Shown piece by piece: positions 18,871 through 29,733 of a stretch of DNA of 64,000 nucleotides (within the stretch, counting starts at the first letter, position 1; every line of letters starts with the position of its first letter). The position numbers and the translations under genes were made by a program. The stretch comes from an uncultured candidate division Zixibacteria bacterium (GTDB lineage: Bacteria; Zixibacteria; MSB-5A5; UBA10806; 4484-95): assembly GCA_963668625.2 (NCBI GenBank), contig CAXXKA010000006.1:544001-608000 (forward strand), written 5' to 3'. The notes below the pieces were generated by a model. It was not told the origin of the DNA. It searched no databases and saw nothing but the letters and a program-made list of their open reading frames with translations.

Positions 18871-20718
18871 TTATATTTCATTAGATGAGACTAATTTCTT
18901 ATATAATAACAGGGTAAAAAACACTATACATGAGGCCAGTACGCCCACTACCGATGTGTCCATTTGATTCATGAATTCGTAAACGTTTTCGCTGAATATG
19001 GCGATACCGTATTTACTGTGTAGAAACAGGATGAAACGGTACGACATGCTTATCCCGATAGCAAAAAGCATAGTAATGAATATATTGGTGGTAAGCTCTT
19101 TAGCCCGGGTTTTGTATAGCGCTCCGACAATTACGGGAAGTATAACCGCCGGCGCCCAGAGGTGATACGTAAAAAGCAGTAAACCGATGATATCAGACCA
19201 GAGTATTGCTATGAGAATCGCCGCTATTCCCAGCAAAGCTGAGCATATTCGGGCGATCAGCAGTTTCTTTTGGTCTGGCATGTCGTGCAATCCAAGTTGA
19301 TGTTCGAACAGGTCTTTGACGAAAATAGCCGTAGAGGAGTTTAATGCCGAATCAGCAGAGGACATTACGGCCATCAGGAGCGCGCCGATAATCAGTCCGC
19401 CGATAATAGGATTGTTCAATTGATGAACAACCATCGGTAAAGCCTGTTGCGGATCGATATCCGGGAAGTGAATACGAGCATATAATGCTATAAAAAACAG
19501 GATCACCGGGAATGTTATCGCCAGGAAGAAACCTACTCCGGCGATACCTATTTTAGTATGACGGGCATCCTTGCCGATACAGTACCGGGTAGCATAGCCC
19601 GGCGCGAATGTTTCACCTAGAAGGAATGCCAAAAAGGTTGTGATCAAAAACAGCCAGCCTTTACCTCCCTCCAATCGGAAGAAATCTGCAGGAAGCGTTC
19701 TGTTTTTAGTGATATCGTTCCGATAGGTATCCTGAATTAAAGATAGGTTCAACCGCCTCAACTTCCACTCACCGTTTATATCATCACTTAGGTATTCTCT
19801 GGTTTGCGGGCTTAAAGTTACCTGCGAGAAGCGAGCGGTATTATACAGGTTCTTATCCTCGATTAGCGAGTTTAGTTTATCTTTCAGGAAAGCCTGTGTA
19901 TGCTTTATTGTCGTTGAATCGTGTTGAGTAGCCTTTAATGTTGCCATATCTTCATCAGTCATTCCGGCGCGTATGTAAGCAGACAACGAGTCATCGGAGG
20001 CTAATACCTTGTTCGCAAGATCGGGTGGATTGATAAAGTCAATGGAACCGAAACGGGTAGGTACGAATTCGTGCGTTTCGGAATTATAGGAATTCGAGAT
20101 ATCGGGAATGCAGAAACCGAGGGTGATAACAAATCCCAGAAGAAGCACGATGAATTGATACACATCGGTTTGGATTACAGCTAACAAGCCACCGGCCGTG
20201 CTATAGATTACGACCATAGCTCCACCGATTAAAATAGCCCATTTCAGGATTGATACCGAACTGGAGTACTGCGGCGCGATCGAGGCCAATACAGTGCCGA
20301 ATGCCGCCATCTGGGCGGCTACGATGAACACGGAAAACAGTAATGAAAGTATAAGCATCACGAACCGGGGCTTCTCGCCGAATCTGTATCCGAAAAAGCC
20401 GGCTACCGTGTAAAGCTCGGCCTCGCGGAATTGCGGAGCGACTACAAGTCCGGAGAAAATGAAATGGAAATAGCCGCCGGTGGATACAAGCAGCATCAGG
20501 ATGCCCCACTCATAAGTTTTGCCGATTGCCCCGATAGAATAGCCGCCGCCAATTACGGTAGCGCCCATCGTAGCAAACAGGAAAAACCATTTAACGTTAC
20601 GCCCGGCAACCAGGAAGTCATCAGAGGTACCGATTTTTTTAACTTTGAGCACACCCTTGATAAAAACAAAAGCCATATAGGCGATGACAATAGCCCAGAG
20701 CAATAATCGGTCTGACAT
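18871..20718 (-). CDS. Sodium:solute symporter (SSS/PutP family) with a large soluble insertion
   Basis: DFLVAGR, YSTAGGLLAVIQTDVYQ, AVMSSADS motifs; about 13 hydrophobic segments. Confidence 0.88.
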   Translation of the reverse strand: MSDRLLLWAIVIAYMAFVFIKGVLKVKKIGTSDDFLVAGRNVKWFFLFATMGATVIGGGYSIGAIGKTYEWGILMLLVSTGGYFHFIFSGLVVAPQFREAELYTVAGFFGYRFGEKPRFVMLILSLLFSVFIVAAQMAAFGTVLASIAPQYSSSVSILKWAILIGGAMVVIYSTAGGLLAVIQTDVYQFIVLLLGFVITLGFCIPDISNSYNSETHEFVPTRFGSIDFINPPDLANKVLASDDSLSAYIRAGMTDEDMATLKATQHDSTTIKHTQAFLKDKLNSLIEDKNLYNTARFSQVTLSPQTREYLSDDINGEWKLRRLNLSLIQDTYRNDITKNRTLPADFFRLEGGKGWLFLITTFLAFLLGETFAPGYATRYCIGKDARHTKIGIAGVGFFLAITFPVILFFIALYARIHFPDIDPQQALPMVVHQLNNPIIGGLIIGALLMAVMSSADSALNSSTAIFVKDLFEHQLGLHDMPDQKKLLIARICSALLGIAAILIAILWSDIIGLLLFTYHLWAPAVILPVIVGALYKTRAKELTTNIFITMLFAIGISMSYRFILFLHSKYGIAIFSENVYEFMNQMDTSVVGVLASCIVFFTLLLYKKLVSSNEI

Positions 20719-20809
20719 GTTTATACCTCCTCGGATTTGGTTGGCTGGGAAATAAAAACGCGAATAAATGATTTATCTGGTATCAAAAAAAAACATAAAG
20801 AACATTCTA

Positions 20810-21967
20810 TCAGTTAATATCCTCAAATTGATCCATAGCCGGTTGTACCTCGAATAACTCAGGATCGAGTTCATCTCGGAAAATATCAAGGGCTGGATAT
20901 ACCTGCTTATTGACATATCTGCCGTTCATCAGCCGTAGAAGCGCGGAGTAATTTACCTTGAATTGAATCGTATCACCAACACTAAGATCGCCTTTGTCCT
21001 CACCGATATTGATCACCGCAATATCACTCGAGGCTCCCGCTATTCTGTATTCGGGATTGACCGGCGTTAAGCCGTTGATATCGGTATCAAGTTGGCCGAT
21101 GCTTACAAGCGCCCTGTAACCTCGTTGGCCCGGCTGAGTTTCCTCATCGGAGTCGGAGTCGAACGGCGCTACACCGGAGCTTGTCTCTCCCAGCGGCACG
21201 AGCCCTTTCTCCTTGATCTCGGCAATCTCTGCCTCCAGGAGCATAACCTCGTTGCTGAGATAGGGGAGAGTACCGCCATTGATCAGATCGGTGCCTAAAA
21301 AAACAGCTTCGCCTATACGGAAATGGTTGATTGCGGGTGGAAGCTTATTATCAAGTACCAATGGTAGAACGACTGTCGAACCGGCGGAGGTCAACGGTAA
21401 TATCTGCTTGAATTTCAGCTCAAGCAACTCTTTGTATAGTACAAGCTGCATGAATTGATCGACACTGGGGACAGTACCTGCCAGACAACCGAGATTGGAG
21501 CCGATTCCCAACACCTCAATGTTAGGCAGCTCGAAAACCTTCTGGTAGAATTTCACCAGTGAGCCGGGAAGAATCCCCTCGCGCAAATCGCCAAGCTCTA
21601 TCATTATAATGATACGGTGAGTTTTATTTTGACGTTGTGCCTCTCGGCCAAGTTCCTTGATTATCTCGATCTCGCTATTTAAGCTGACATCGGAATAATT
21701 TATCACATCGGGGATGGAGGATATATCCGGTACGCGCATATACCAGGCCTCGAAATCGGGTATGATTCTGTCGATAGCTTTCAAATTTTCCAGACGGGAA
21801 TCGCCCATCGAACGTACTCCCAGGTATTGCAGAGCTTTGATTGTATCCACATGACCACACAGCACCTTCGTTACCAGTGTCCAGGTGGCATTGTGACGGT
21901 CCATCCATTTATTGATGACAGCTATGTTATATTTTAACGCCTCCAGGTTTATAATAAGCCTGTTCAT
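20810..21967 (-). CDS. PLP-dependent amino-acid racemase, ornithine racemase (Orr)-like
   Basis: VTKVLCG lysine motif, DSRLEN, ELGDLREG, GSNLGC, RIGEA, GASSD. Confidence 0.82.
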   Translation of the reverse strand: MNRLIINLEALKYNIAVINKWMDRHNATWTLVTKVLCGHVDTIKALQYLGVRSMGDSRLENLKAIDRIIPDFEAWYMRVPDISSIPDVINYSDVSLNSEIEIIKELGREAQRQNKTHRIIIMIELGDLREGILPGSLVKFYQKVFELPNIEVLGIGSNLGCLAGTVPSVDQFMQLVLYKELLELKFKQILPLTSAGSTVVLPLVLDNKLPPAINHFRIGEAVFLGTDLINGGTLPYLSNEVMLLEAEIAEIKEKGLVPLGETSSGVAPFDSDSDEETQPGQRGYRALVSIGQLDTDINGLTPVNPEYRIAGASSDIAVINIGEDKGDLSVGDTIQFKVNYSALLRLMNGRYVNKQVYPALDIFRDELDPELFEVQPAMDQFEDIN

Positions 21968-22416
21968 TTCAGATACCTCATCTCGGCATATTTCGTAGTA
22001 AAGCCGATTTTTTCGTAAATTTGCTTGGCCGGATTATCATATTCGACATGAAGTTTCACGTCGCCATCGGCCAACTCGATACCTTTTCTGATTAGCTTAC
22101 CGCCGACACCACTGCCGCGGGCATCAGGAGCAACACAGACCATTAGCAGGAGATTTTCCGGGATGTAGCCTTTCATTTGCGTTCGAAGCATGATAAGCGC
22201 GCCTAAGGGGTTTTGATCCTTTTCGGCTAAAAGCACGAAAGCGCCTTTGGCTTCATCGGGGGCAATCGCTTTCAAGACGGCTCTTTTCGTGTCCTCCAGG
22301 GTGTCCTCGTAGGGCTTGATATTCTCGTATATGAATACCGAAAGGCTATCAACGCTTACCCAGGAGGGGAAATCTTTAACATCTCTTAAAACATGTATTT
22401 TAATTTCAGATGACAT
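21964..22416 (-). CDS. GNAT-family N-acetyltransferase
   Basis: V.PDARGSGVG acetyl-CoA motif A, NPA..YEKIGF; overlaps the racemase start (ATGA). Confidence 0.88.
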   Translation of the reverse strand: MSSEIKIHVLRDVKDFPSWVSVDSLSVFIYENIKPYEDTLEDTKRAVLKAIAPDEAKGAFVLLAEKDQNPLGALIMLRTQMKGYIPENLLLMVCVAPDARGSGVGGKLIRKGIELADGDVKLHVEYDNPAKQIYEKIGFTTKYAEMRYLK

Positions 22417-22457
22417 TTTACTACCTTTTAGTTTGCTGATTCGTGTTGTACTTGTTT

Positions 22458-22964
22458 TTACTGACCGTTGTGGTCGATTTGACGACCATTTCCGGAAATT
22501 GGCCCACTATCTAGCAGGGGCGCTACATCCAGATGCTCGGCATCCATGATTTTGGCAACGGTTTCCAGCGCATTCATGATATTCTTCTGCTCCGTTAAGT
22601 TTAAGCTCTCAAAGGCTTTCACGAACTCCTCCTGAAGGGGAGAGGGAGCGTTTTTTAGAAGCTCCTTACCGGCTGAGGTGGATTTCACGAGCACCTGGCG
22701 ACGATCGTTCGAGCCTCTGATTCGCTCGGCCAATTGCTGTTTCTCCAGCCTATCCACTATGCCGGTAACCGTGGCGCTGCTTAAGCTTACACTTTTTGCC
22801 AGTGAACCGATTGGTATCTCGTCCCGGGCCGCTATCTCTTTCAACAGGATTAGCTGGGGAACCGTAAGTTTGTGTCGTTTATGTAGCTTCTTCGAGTTGA
22901 GGTCGACCGCCCTCATGATTTTTCTCAAAGCGATTAAAACATTCGAACTAATTTCACTATCCAT
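22458..22964 (-). CDS. MarR-family regulator, EctR/CosR-like
   Basis: ALRKIMRAVDL.SK.L...LTVPQL, SATVTGIVDRLE, DRR wing, C-terminal MDAEHLDVAPLL. Confidence 0.85.
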   Translation of the reverse strand: MDSEISSNVLIALRKIMRAVDLNSKKLHKRHKLTVPQLILLKEIAARDEIPIGSLAKSVSLSSATVTGIVDRLEKQQLAERIRGSNDRRQVLVKSTSAGKELLKNAPSPLQEEFVKAFESLNLTEQKNIMNALETVAKIMDAEHLDVAPLLDSGPISGNGRQIDHNGQ

Positions 22965-22980
22965 TATCTTTCACCCTGAT

Positions 22981-23024
22981 TAATTTGTGTACTAATATTT
23001 AGTGTACAAAATAAATTATGTCAA
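22981..23024 (-). promoter_or_regulatory. Tandem pseudo-palindromic MarR/EctR-type operators overlapping a promoter
   Basis: TAATTTGT-GT-ACTAATAT (22981-22998) and TATTTAGT-GT-ACAAAATA (22996-23013); TTGACA on the - strand at 23019-23024. Confidence 0.6.
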
Positions 23025-23098
23025 GGGATAAAATATTATATTTTTATTTAAATCAATGTGTTAGGTGTCCAGAAAAGGGGATGGGGGGAGGAGTGGTT

Positions 23099-23134
23099 GT
23101 GGTTGACGGGCGTCCCGGCCTGCCAACAGGTTGA
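23099..23134 (+). repeat. GTGG-headed REP-like element
   Basis: GTGG-TTGACGGGC..GCCTGCCAA-CAGGTTGA; related copies at 26262, 34389 and 59291. Confidence 0.5.
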
Positions 23135-23414
23135 TGCAGTTACAATCGAATTCCAAATAAACATTGACAATTAGATTTATTACAGTACTTTACAACTGAA
23201 TATCTGAATATTTATTTTTTGACATTATAATATTGGGGGAATGATATCGTGAAAGGGCATCTATTATTTAATCCGAATACAGAAACATTCTTATTCCTGA
23301 TAATAATGAATCGGGGGGGGGGGGCAGAAGTCCACCTTTCTTTCAAATAAACATCAGTTTGGTTTAATCGTTTTTAGTTGTTAATTAAGATGTTTAATTT
23401 GAAAGGAAAACGTA

Positions 23415-23846
23415 ATGAATCGTTTTTGCATATTAGCAGTATTATGCTGCCTGGTATTTATTTTGGGGGCTGGGTTTTGTAATGAAGCATCCGCGCAGTG
23501 TAAGCATCAAGAAAGTATTGATGTTTTTTGTACGTGGACAAGTACTTACACTTCATGTGATAAATATGTAAGAAACGCTCTGGAAACAACAATAGTAAAT
23601 GGCGGCTATCGTACTATAAAACCAACGCTTAGTGTAAACAACTATACCTATGAACACATACTTTATGGAGCAGACTTACCCTATGGGGATACAACTATAG
23701 TCTGGGATTTAGCGGCCCCTGTAGATACGACAGTCAATCATAAAATAATGATGGATATAATTTCAGGAAGCGGTAGCTTTTCCAGAGGTTTTTGCGATAC
23801 AAGTACTGTGTACACTGTTTATTACTTAGCAAATCAGGCGAATTAG
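23415..23846 (+). CDS. Hypothetical secreted protein
   Basis: AAGGA SD, signal peptide ending ASA, Cys-containing mature part, AT-rich. Confidence 0.6.
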   Translation: MNRFCILAVLCCLVFILGAGFCNEASAQCKHQESIDVFCTWTSTYTSCDKYVRNALETTIVNGGYRTIKPTLSVNNYTYEHILYGADLPYGDTTIVWDLAAPVDTTVNHKIMMDIISGSGSFSRGFCDTSTVYTVYYLANQAN

Positions 23847-23939
23847 TAACAGATTGAATGACGTTTAATGTGAAGCTGGTAATACAAGCAGTTTAATTAC
23901 TAGCTTCACATTTATAGATATAGTTTAAGGAGAAAAATC

Positions 23940-26213
23940 GTGTTTTTTAAGAAAATCTTGTTTATTGCATCTATTATAATTATTGTTTTAAAAGTTTCAA
24001 GTGCCGGTGAGAATTTTTGGTCAACAAGCGGACCATATAATTGCCGAGCTAAGGATATTGTGATTAATCCTGTTAATAGAAGTAATATATTCATAGGAAC
24101 AATTGAATATGGCATCTATCGAACCGAAAATTATGGATTCTATTGGGATCATATCGATAGCGATTCTCTTGCTAGCACTCAGAGGGAAATAATAATAAAT
24201 CCTCATAATCCGGATACAATGTTTGCTACAACTACAAGAGGTATGTTTAAGAGCATTAATGGTGGTGATGATTGGGAAAGAGTTGACTTTCCGGCGGGTA
24301 ATAGCTACGAGATTGTTGGCGCTTGTATTCATCCACAATGGACGAATATTATGTTTGTACCCGGTCCATTCTTTTCAGGAATTAATTATAGAAGCGTTGA
24401 TGGAGGCGATACCTGGGAGCAGTTAAGCTTGGTTGAAGTTGTAGCCAACGATTTTAAAATAGATCCGCTTAATGACAGCACTGTATATGCTATATCGCAT
24501 TGTGCAACTACTAGAAGATCATTATTAAAAAGTGAAGATTTAGGAAATACCTGGATAAACAGTCACGGCGATCTGGATACAACTATGTATGTCCATGGAT
24601 TTGATATAGATTATATAGACAACCAGGTTTTGTATGTCTGCGGGCATGATGCGACACAATCAGACCGTTGTGTTTTTAAATCCATAAACGGAGGTGAAAC
24701 TTGGCAGAATATTACTCCGCCTGGATTACCGAGCGATATAGTATGGGAAATTGATATTTCTCCTTTCGATCATAACACTGTATACATTTGTACCGACGCT
24801 AATGGTTTAATGAAAAGCACGGATGGAGGCCAGACATGGGAGGAGAAAAATGAAGGCATAAATGGCCGATATACTGTAAGTCTAGCTATTGATGAAGTAA
24901 ACAACATCATGTATATATGTTTGATGTTCGGTGGCGTATATCGTTCTTATGATGGCGGCGAAACTTGGGAAAAGATTACTAAGGAAATCTCTCACTCTGA
25001 GTGTTTCGATATTGTTTGTAACCCAGAATACCCTGATGAGATATATACATGTTCGATGAATGGCATATACAAAATCGAACCTGGTCAAGATGAATGGGAA
25101 GTCATTGATGTTTTATATCCTGATTATAACCGATATGTTAGTTGCATAGATATAGATAAAGAATATCCAGATCAGATATTTGCTGGATTAAGCTCATGGT
25201 GGTCTATCTCTCCTCAAACAAGCATCGCCCGGTCAATTGATGGGGGAGATACATGGGATTATTTTGGGGATGACTTTAATGAATCAACGGAATTTTCGCG
25301 CCTGAAAATCGGTTACTTTGGAGATGAAAGAAAGATATTCGCTTCTTCATCGGATGGATTATATATTTCTGATGATTATGGAGAAAATTGGGATTTGATT
25401 AATGAAATTCCACAGCAAGCGTATTTTGCTCTTGATATTTCACCATCTAACAATAATTACATTTATATTGGAATGAATCAGATGTATAAATCAACGGATG
25501 GTGGATATTTCTGGGAGCAGATCGAGTTGCCATCAGGTGGAAATTATATTAATGAAATAAAATGCCATCCTTATGATTCACTTAAAGTTTATATAGCTAT
25601 ATATGGATCAGGAATTTATAAAAGCGAAGATGGTGGTGATAGTTGGATAAATATTACCAATAATATACCCTATACTGATTTTTATATCTGGTTTTCAGGT
25701 ATAGCAATTAATCCGTTGAATACTGATAATATTTACGTGAATTCAAACCATTATAGTGTTTTTCAATCTCATAACGATGGAGATTCCTGGGAGCCATTCA
25801 GCGATAGCCTTATAGTATCATATAGTAATGGAATAACTTTAATTGACCCATCGGATACGAATAAAATATATGTCGCCACCGATCAACAATCAGTTTGGTC
25901 AATCACCCGCACCCCTGCCGGCATTGATGATAATGAAGTCACCACCCTCCCCACGCAGTACGATCTCTCCGCCTATCCCAATCCATTCAACGCTACCACC
26001 AGCATATCATTCACGCTAATCCAGCCCTCGCAGGTAACGCTGGATATCTACGATATCCTCGGCCGCCGGGCTGAGAGCCTGGTTGACTGGTACCTGCCCG
26101 CCGGTAACCACTCGGTGTTATGGCAGGCGGGGGAGATGCCCTCGGGGATATATTTCTATCGCCTGGCTGCCGGGGATTATCAGGATTCGCGAAAGATTAC
26201 GCTGTTGAAGTGA
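23940..26213 (+). CDS. Secreted BNR/Asp-box (VPS10-like) beta-propeller protein with T9SS-type C-terminal domain
   Basis: Many S.DGG.TW repeats; AYPNPFN...RKITLLK tail. Confidence 0.85.
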   Translation: MFFKKILFIASIIIIVLKVSSAGENFWSTSGPYNCRAKDIVINPVNRSNIFIGTIEYGIYRTENYGFYWDHIDSDSLASTQREIIINPHNPDTMFATTTRGMFKSINGGDDWERVDFPAGNSYEIVGACIHPQWTNIMFVPGPFFSGINYRSVDGGDTWEQLSLVEVVANDFKIDPLNDSTVYAISHCATTRRSLLKSEDLGNTWINSHGDLDTTMYVHGFDIDYIDNQVLYVCGHDATQSDRCVFKSINGGETWQNITPPGLPSDIVWEIDISPFDHNTVYICTDANGLMKSTDGGQTWEEKNEGINGRYTVSLAIDEVNNIMYICLMFGGVYRSYDGGETWEKITKEISHSECFDIVCNPEYPDEIYTCSMNGIYKIEPGQDEWEVIDVLYPDYNRYVSCIDIDKEYPDQIFAGLSSWWSISPQTSIARSIDGGDTWDYFGDDFNESTEFSRLKIGYFGDERKIFASSSDGLYISDDYGENWDLINEIPQQAYFALDISPSNNNYIYIGMNQMYKSTDGGYFWEQIELPSGGNYINEIKCHPYDSLKVYIAIYGSGIYKSEDGGDSWINITNNIPYTDFYIWFSGIAINPLNTDNIYVNSNHYSVFQSHNDGDSWEPFSDSLIVSYSNGITLIDPSDTNKIYVATDQQSVWSITRTPAGIDDNEVTTLPTQYDLSAYPNPFNATTSISFTLIQPSQVTLDIYDILGRRAESLVDWYLPAGNHSVLWQAGEMPSGIYFYRLAAGDYQDSRKITLLK

Positions 26214-26223
26214 TATACCACCC

Positions 26224-26296
26224 GGATTCCCTTTTTTAAGGGAATGACAGCCCTACCTATTGTGGCTGGTAAGTGTTCCTATCTGCCAACAGGTTA
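26224..26296 (+). repeat. Short palindromic repeats: GGATTCCC-N8-GGGAATGAC and a GTGG REP-like copy
   Basis: ATTCCC-TTTTTTAA-GGGAAT at 26226-26245; GTGGCTGG...CTGCCAACAGGTTAA at 26262-26296. Confidence 0.45.
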
Positions 26297-26400
26297 ATAA
26301 ATCTACCCCAAAACCTACAATAATCGAATCGTAACTTAGTCATTTATTGACTTTCTATCCGTTTAATTCTATACTATCCATCTATTTGAAAGGAGAGGTT

Positions 26401-28623
26401 ATGCGAGAGCCGGAAATTACACCGGAATTGATTAAAGATCATGGGCTATCGGAGGAGGAATGGACCTGGATATGGGAGTATCTGGGCAGAGAACCCAACT
26501 ATACCGAGTTGGGCATATTTTCCGTAATGTGGTCGGAGCATTGCTCTTACAAGAACTCGATCGCACAGCTTAAGACATTACCGCAAACCGGCAGCAAGCT
26601 TCTAACCGGAGCCGGCGAGGAGAACGCCGGGGCGGTGGATATCGGTGATGGCCTGGCCTGTGTTTTCAAGATAGAATCGCATAATCATCCCTCGGCTATC
26701 GAGCCGTACCAGGGTGCGGCTACGGGTATAGGTGGAATCCTTCGCGATATATTCACCATGGGGGCTCGCCCCGAGGCGACATTCAACTCGCTTCGTTTCG
26801 GCCCGTTAGATATCCCACATGTGCGTTATATTTTCGATGGCGTAGTGCGCGGCGCCGGCGATTACGGTAACTGTTTCGGCGTGCCCGATATCGGTGGCGA
26901 GGTCTGGTTCGAGCCCGCTTATCAGGGTAATCCTCTTATTAATGTGATGGCTTTAGGAATCGCGAAAACCGGGGAACTGCTTTCGGCAACGGCAAAAGGC
27001 GCGGGCAATCCCGTGCTTATCGTTGGCGCGAGCACCGGCCGGGACGGCATACACGGAGCGACATTCGCCTCCGAGGAGCTTTCGGAGAAATCGCAGGCAA
27101 AACGTCCCGCAGTGCAAATAGGCGACCCGTTCACAGAGAAACTGCTGCTGGAGGCTACGCTAGAGATAATCAAGAAAGAACTTGCGGTTGGTATCCAGGA
27201 TATGGGCGCAGCTGGTATAACCTGCTCGACCTCCGAAATGTCGGCGCGCGGGGCGTGTGGCATGGAGATCGATCTGGATAAGGTGCCCGTTCGTGAGGAG
27301 AACATGACCCCCTATGAGATCATGTTATCGGAGTCGCAGGAGAGAATGCTGGTGGTGGCAACACCGGAAACTCTCGATGAGATACAGGCGATATTCGAGA
27401 AATGGGGACTTCACGCCGCCGTTATCGGCAAGGTAATCGATGAGAATGTCATAAGGGTATATTTCGAGGGGTATCTATATGCCGAGATACCTCCTGATAT
27501 TTTGGTACTGGGCGGCAAAGCCCCGATATATATTCGTGAGCAAGCCAAACCGGATTACATAGATGAACTCAGGACATTCGATCCGCTAACCATGCCTGAG
27601 CCATCCGATTACAATGATATATTGAAGCAACTTCTCAGCTCGCCAAATATCGCCTCCAAGCGATGGGTATACAATCAGTACGATACCTCGGTGAGAACGG
27701 CCGTGGCCATAGGGCCCGGCAGTGATGCCGCTGTGATTCGCATCCGTAAATCTAAAAAAGGCCTGGCTATCGCTACCGATTGTAATGGCAGATGGTGCTA
27801 TCTGAATCCTCGATTGGGAGCTACTCATGCGGTTTGCGAGTCGGCGTTGAATGTCGCTTGCTCGGGAGCGGATCCGGCGGCGATTACCAATTGCCTCAAT
27901 TTCGGCAATCCATATCACCCGGATGTTTACTATACGTTTGCCGAGTGTGTTGCCGGGATGGGGGAGGCCTGCCGTAAGCTCGATACGCCGGTTACAGGCG
28001 GTAATGTCAGTTTTTATAATGAACATAAGGATGTAGCCGTTTATCCCTCGCCGGTTATCGGAATGGTGGGAGTGCTGGAAAACGTCAAACATCGCATGAC
28101 CTCGTTTTTTAAACATAACGGCAATAAGATAGCTCTTCTGGGAGTAAACCGGGGCGAACTTGGTGGAAGCGAATACCTTAAAATAGTACATAATAAAGTC
28201 GCGGGCGAATTACCGCAGGTTTCACTGGATGAGGTAAGCAATACGATTAAGGCGCTCAATAAACTTTGCTCGAAATCGCTTATCAAGTCGGCTCATGATA
28301 TCTCGGACGGAGGTTTGGCGGTTGCAGTGGCGGAATGCTGTTTCGAAAATAATATCGGGGCAAATCTGAGAATGTGGTCGGATCATCGCCCGGATGCCAT
28401 GCTGTTCGGAGAATCGAGGCCGCTGGTAGTCATCTCCCTGACCGAAGATAATATTCACGAGGTAGACAATATTTGTGATGAGTACGATATCGCCTTTGGA
28501 GTAATCGGTGAAACAGGTGGTAGTAATCTTATTATAGATAATTACATAGCATGCTCCGTGGAGGAACTCAAGCAATTATACGAATCGGCTATTCCCGGTA
28601 TGATGGATACTATCAGTCACTGA
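26401..28623 (+). CDS. purL: Phosphoribosylformylglycinamidine synthase subunit PurL (small type)
   Basis: [45 protein letters not shown]; GAGG SD before ATG 26401; TTGACT-N17-TATACT promoter just upstream. Confidence 0.95.
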   Translation: MREPEITPELIKDHGLSEEEWTWIWEYLGREPNYTELGIFSVMWSEHCSYKNSIAQLKTLPQTGSKLLTGAGEENAGAVDIGDGLACVFKIESHNHPSAIEPYQGAATGIGGILRDIFTMGARPEATFNSLRFGPLDIPHVRYIFDGVVRGAGDYGNCFGVPDIGGEVWFEPAYQGNPLINVMALGIAKTGELLSATAKGAGNPVLIVGASTGRDGIHGATFASEELSEKSQAKRPAVQIGDPFTEKLLLEATLEIIKKELAVGIQDMGAAGITCSTSEMSARGACGMEIDLDKVPVREENMTPYEIMLSESQERMLVVATPETLDEIQAIFEKWGLHAAVIGKVIDENVIRVYFEGYLYAEIPPDILVLGGKAPIYIREQAKPDYIDELRTFDPLTMPEPSDYNDILKQLLSSPNIASKRWVYNQYDTSVRTAVAIGPGSDAAVIRIRKSKKGLAIATDCNGRWCYLNPRLGATHAVCESALNVACSGADPAAITNCLNFGNPYHPDVYYTFAECVAGMGEACRKLDTPVTGGNVSFYNEHKDVAVYPSPVIGMVGVLENVKHRMTSFFKHNGNKIALLGVNRGELGGSEYLKIVHNKVAGELPQVSLDEVSNTIKALNKLCSKSLIKSAHDISDGGLAVAVAECCFENNIGANLRMWSDHRPDAMLFGESRPLVVISLTEDNIHEVDNICDEYDIAFGVIGETGGSNLIIDNYIACSVEELKQLYESAIPGMMDTISH

Positions 28624-28908
28624 TTTTTAGTTATCTTTACTTTTCATATTTCGGAAATGTGTATAAGCGGTGTAATTACATGTAATGCTAGCATTAAATT
28701 ATCTTATTGATAATTGGTGTATTTGACAATAATTTTGAAAAATATTCATAAAACCTATTGACATGATACTTCTAAAAAGCTATAAAAGTGCGGCTTTTAA
28801 GAAGAGAGGTTTTTTTTAGGAAGGAGGTTTTAGGGCGAATTGAATTTTAATGATTCTTAGAACATTGCGAAAGTTAGTTAAATATAAATTAATTTCAGGA
28901 GAAGACAA

Positions 28909-29496
28909 ATGAACAAGATCTTAGTTACAGTTTTAGCTCTCATGTTAGTATTCGCTATCAGCGCCTCGGCCCAGATGCCGACTGACAAAGGCAACATGTA
29001 TATCGGTGGCGGTCTCTCGTTCACTTCATTCAGCGGTGACCTTTATGAAGTTGGTGACGATTCCCCGTCCTCGTTCCAGATTTATCCCGAATTCTATTAT
29101 TTCCTTCAGAACAACCTTGCTGTTGGCGGTACCGTTGGTTATAGCAAATACTCCCTGGGTGATTACTCCGATTCCGAAATGGGTTTCGGTGTTGGCGGCA
29201 AATACTATTTCAACTTGAATTCCGAGCTTACCGAAGCTAAAGGCGCTATCCTGCCTTACGCCGCTGCCAATTTCATGTATGTTTCTATGAAAGAGGATGA
29301 TGGCACTAACGAGATAAAGCATACCGGTTACGATATCAATTTAGCCGGTGGCGCTGTTTACATGCTCTCCAACAGCGTTGGCGCTTATGGCCAGGTCGGT
29401 TACACCATGGAAAGCCGCAGCCCCGAGGAAGGCGATTCCGTTGATGGCGCTCATTTCGGTTTCATGATCGGTGTCACCTACTTCATCATCAAGTAA
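28909..29496 (+). CDS. Small outer-membrane beta-barrel protein (OmpA-like transmembrane domain)
   Basis: Signal peptide ASA-Q, alternating G/aromatic strands, terminal GVTYF; TTGACA-N17-TATAAA upstream. Confidence 0.75.
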   Translation: MNKILVTVLALMLVFAISASAQMPTDKGNMYIGGGLSFTSFSGDLYEVGDDSPSSFQIYPEFYYFLQNNLAVGGTVGYSKYSLGDYSDSEMGFGVGGKYYFNLNSELTEAKGAILPYAAANFMYVSMKEDDGTNEIKHTGYDINLAGGAVYMLSNSVGAYGQVGYTMESRSPEEGDSVDGAHFGFMIGVTYFIIK

Positions 29497-29547
29497 TACC
29501 TGCTTTATTGCATGTAAATAGATGCTCGTAAAAATCGAGCGATTTTT

Positions 29548-29574
29548 AGCCGGAGATCATTCTCCGGCTTTTTT
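29548..29574 (+). terminator. Rho-independent terminator
   Basis: AGCCGGAGA-TCAT-TCTCCGGCT plus T tract. Confidence 0.75.
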
Positions 29575-29733
29575 TATCAACATTTTAATCTATCTTATTA
29601 ATATTTTTGACAATTTCCGGTTGAACGGAAACAATATATTATCATAAATGTATTGATTAATAAGGTCGTATAATCCCGGAGATGTCTCAGCTTGTTTAAT
29701 TCAGGTTGAATCAGGGAGGAAAACTATAGTAAA

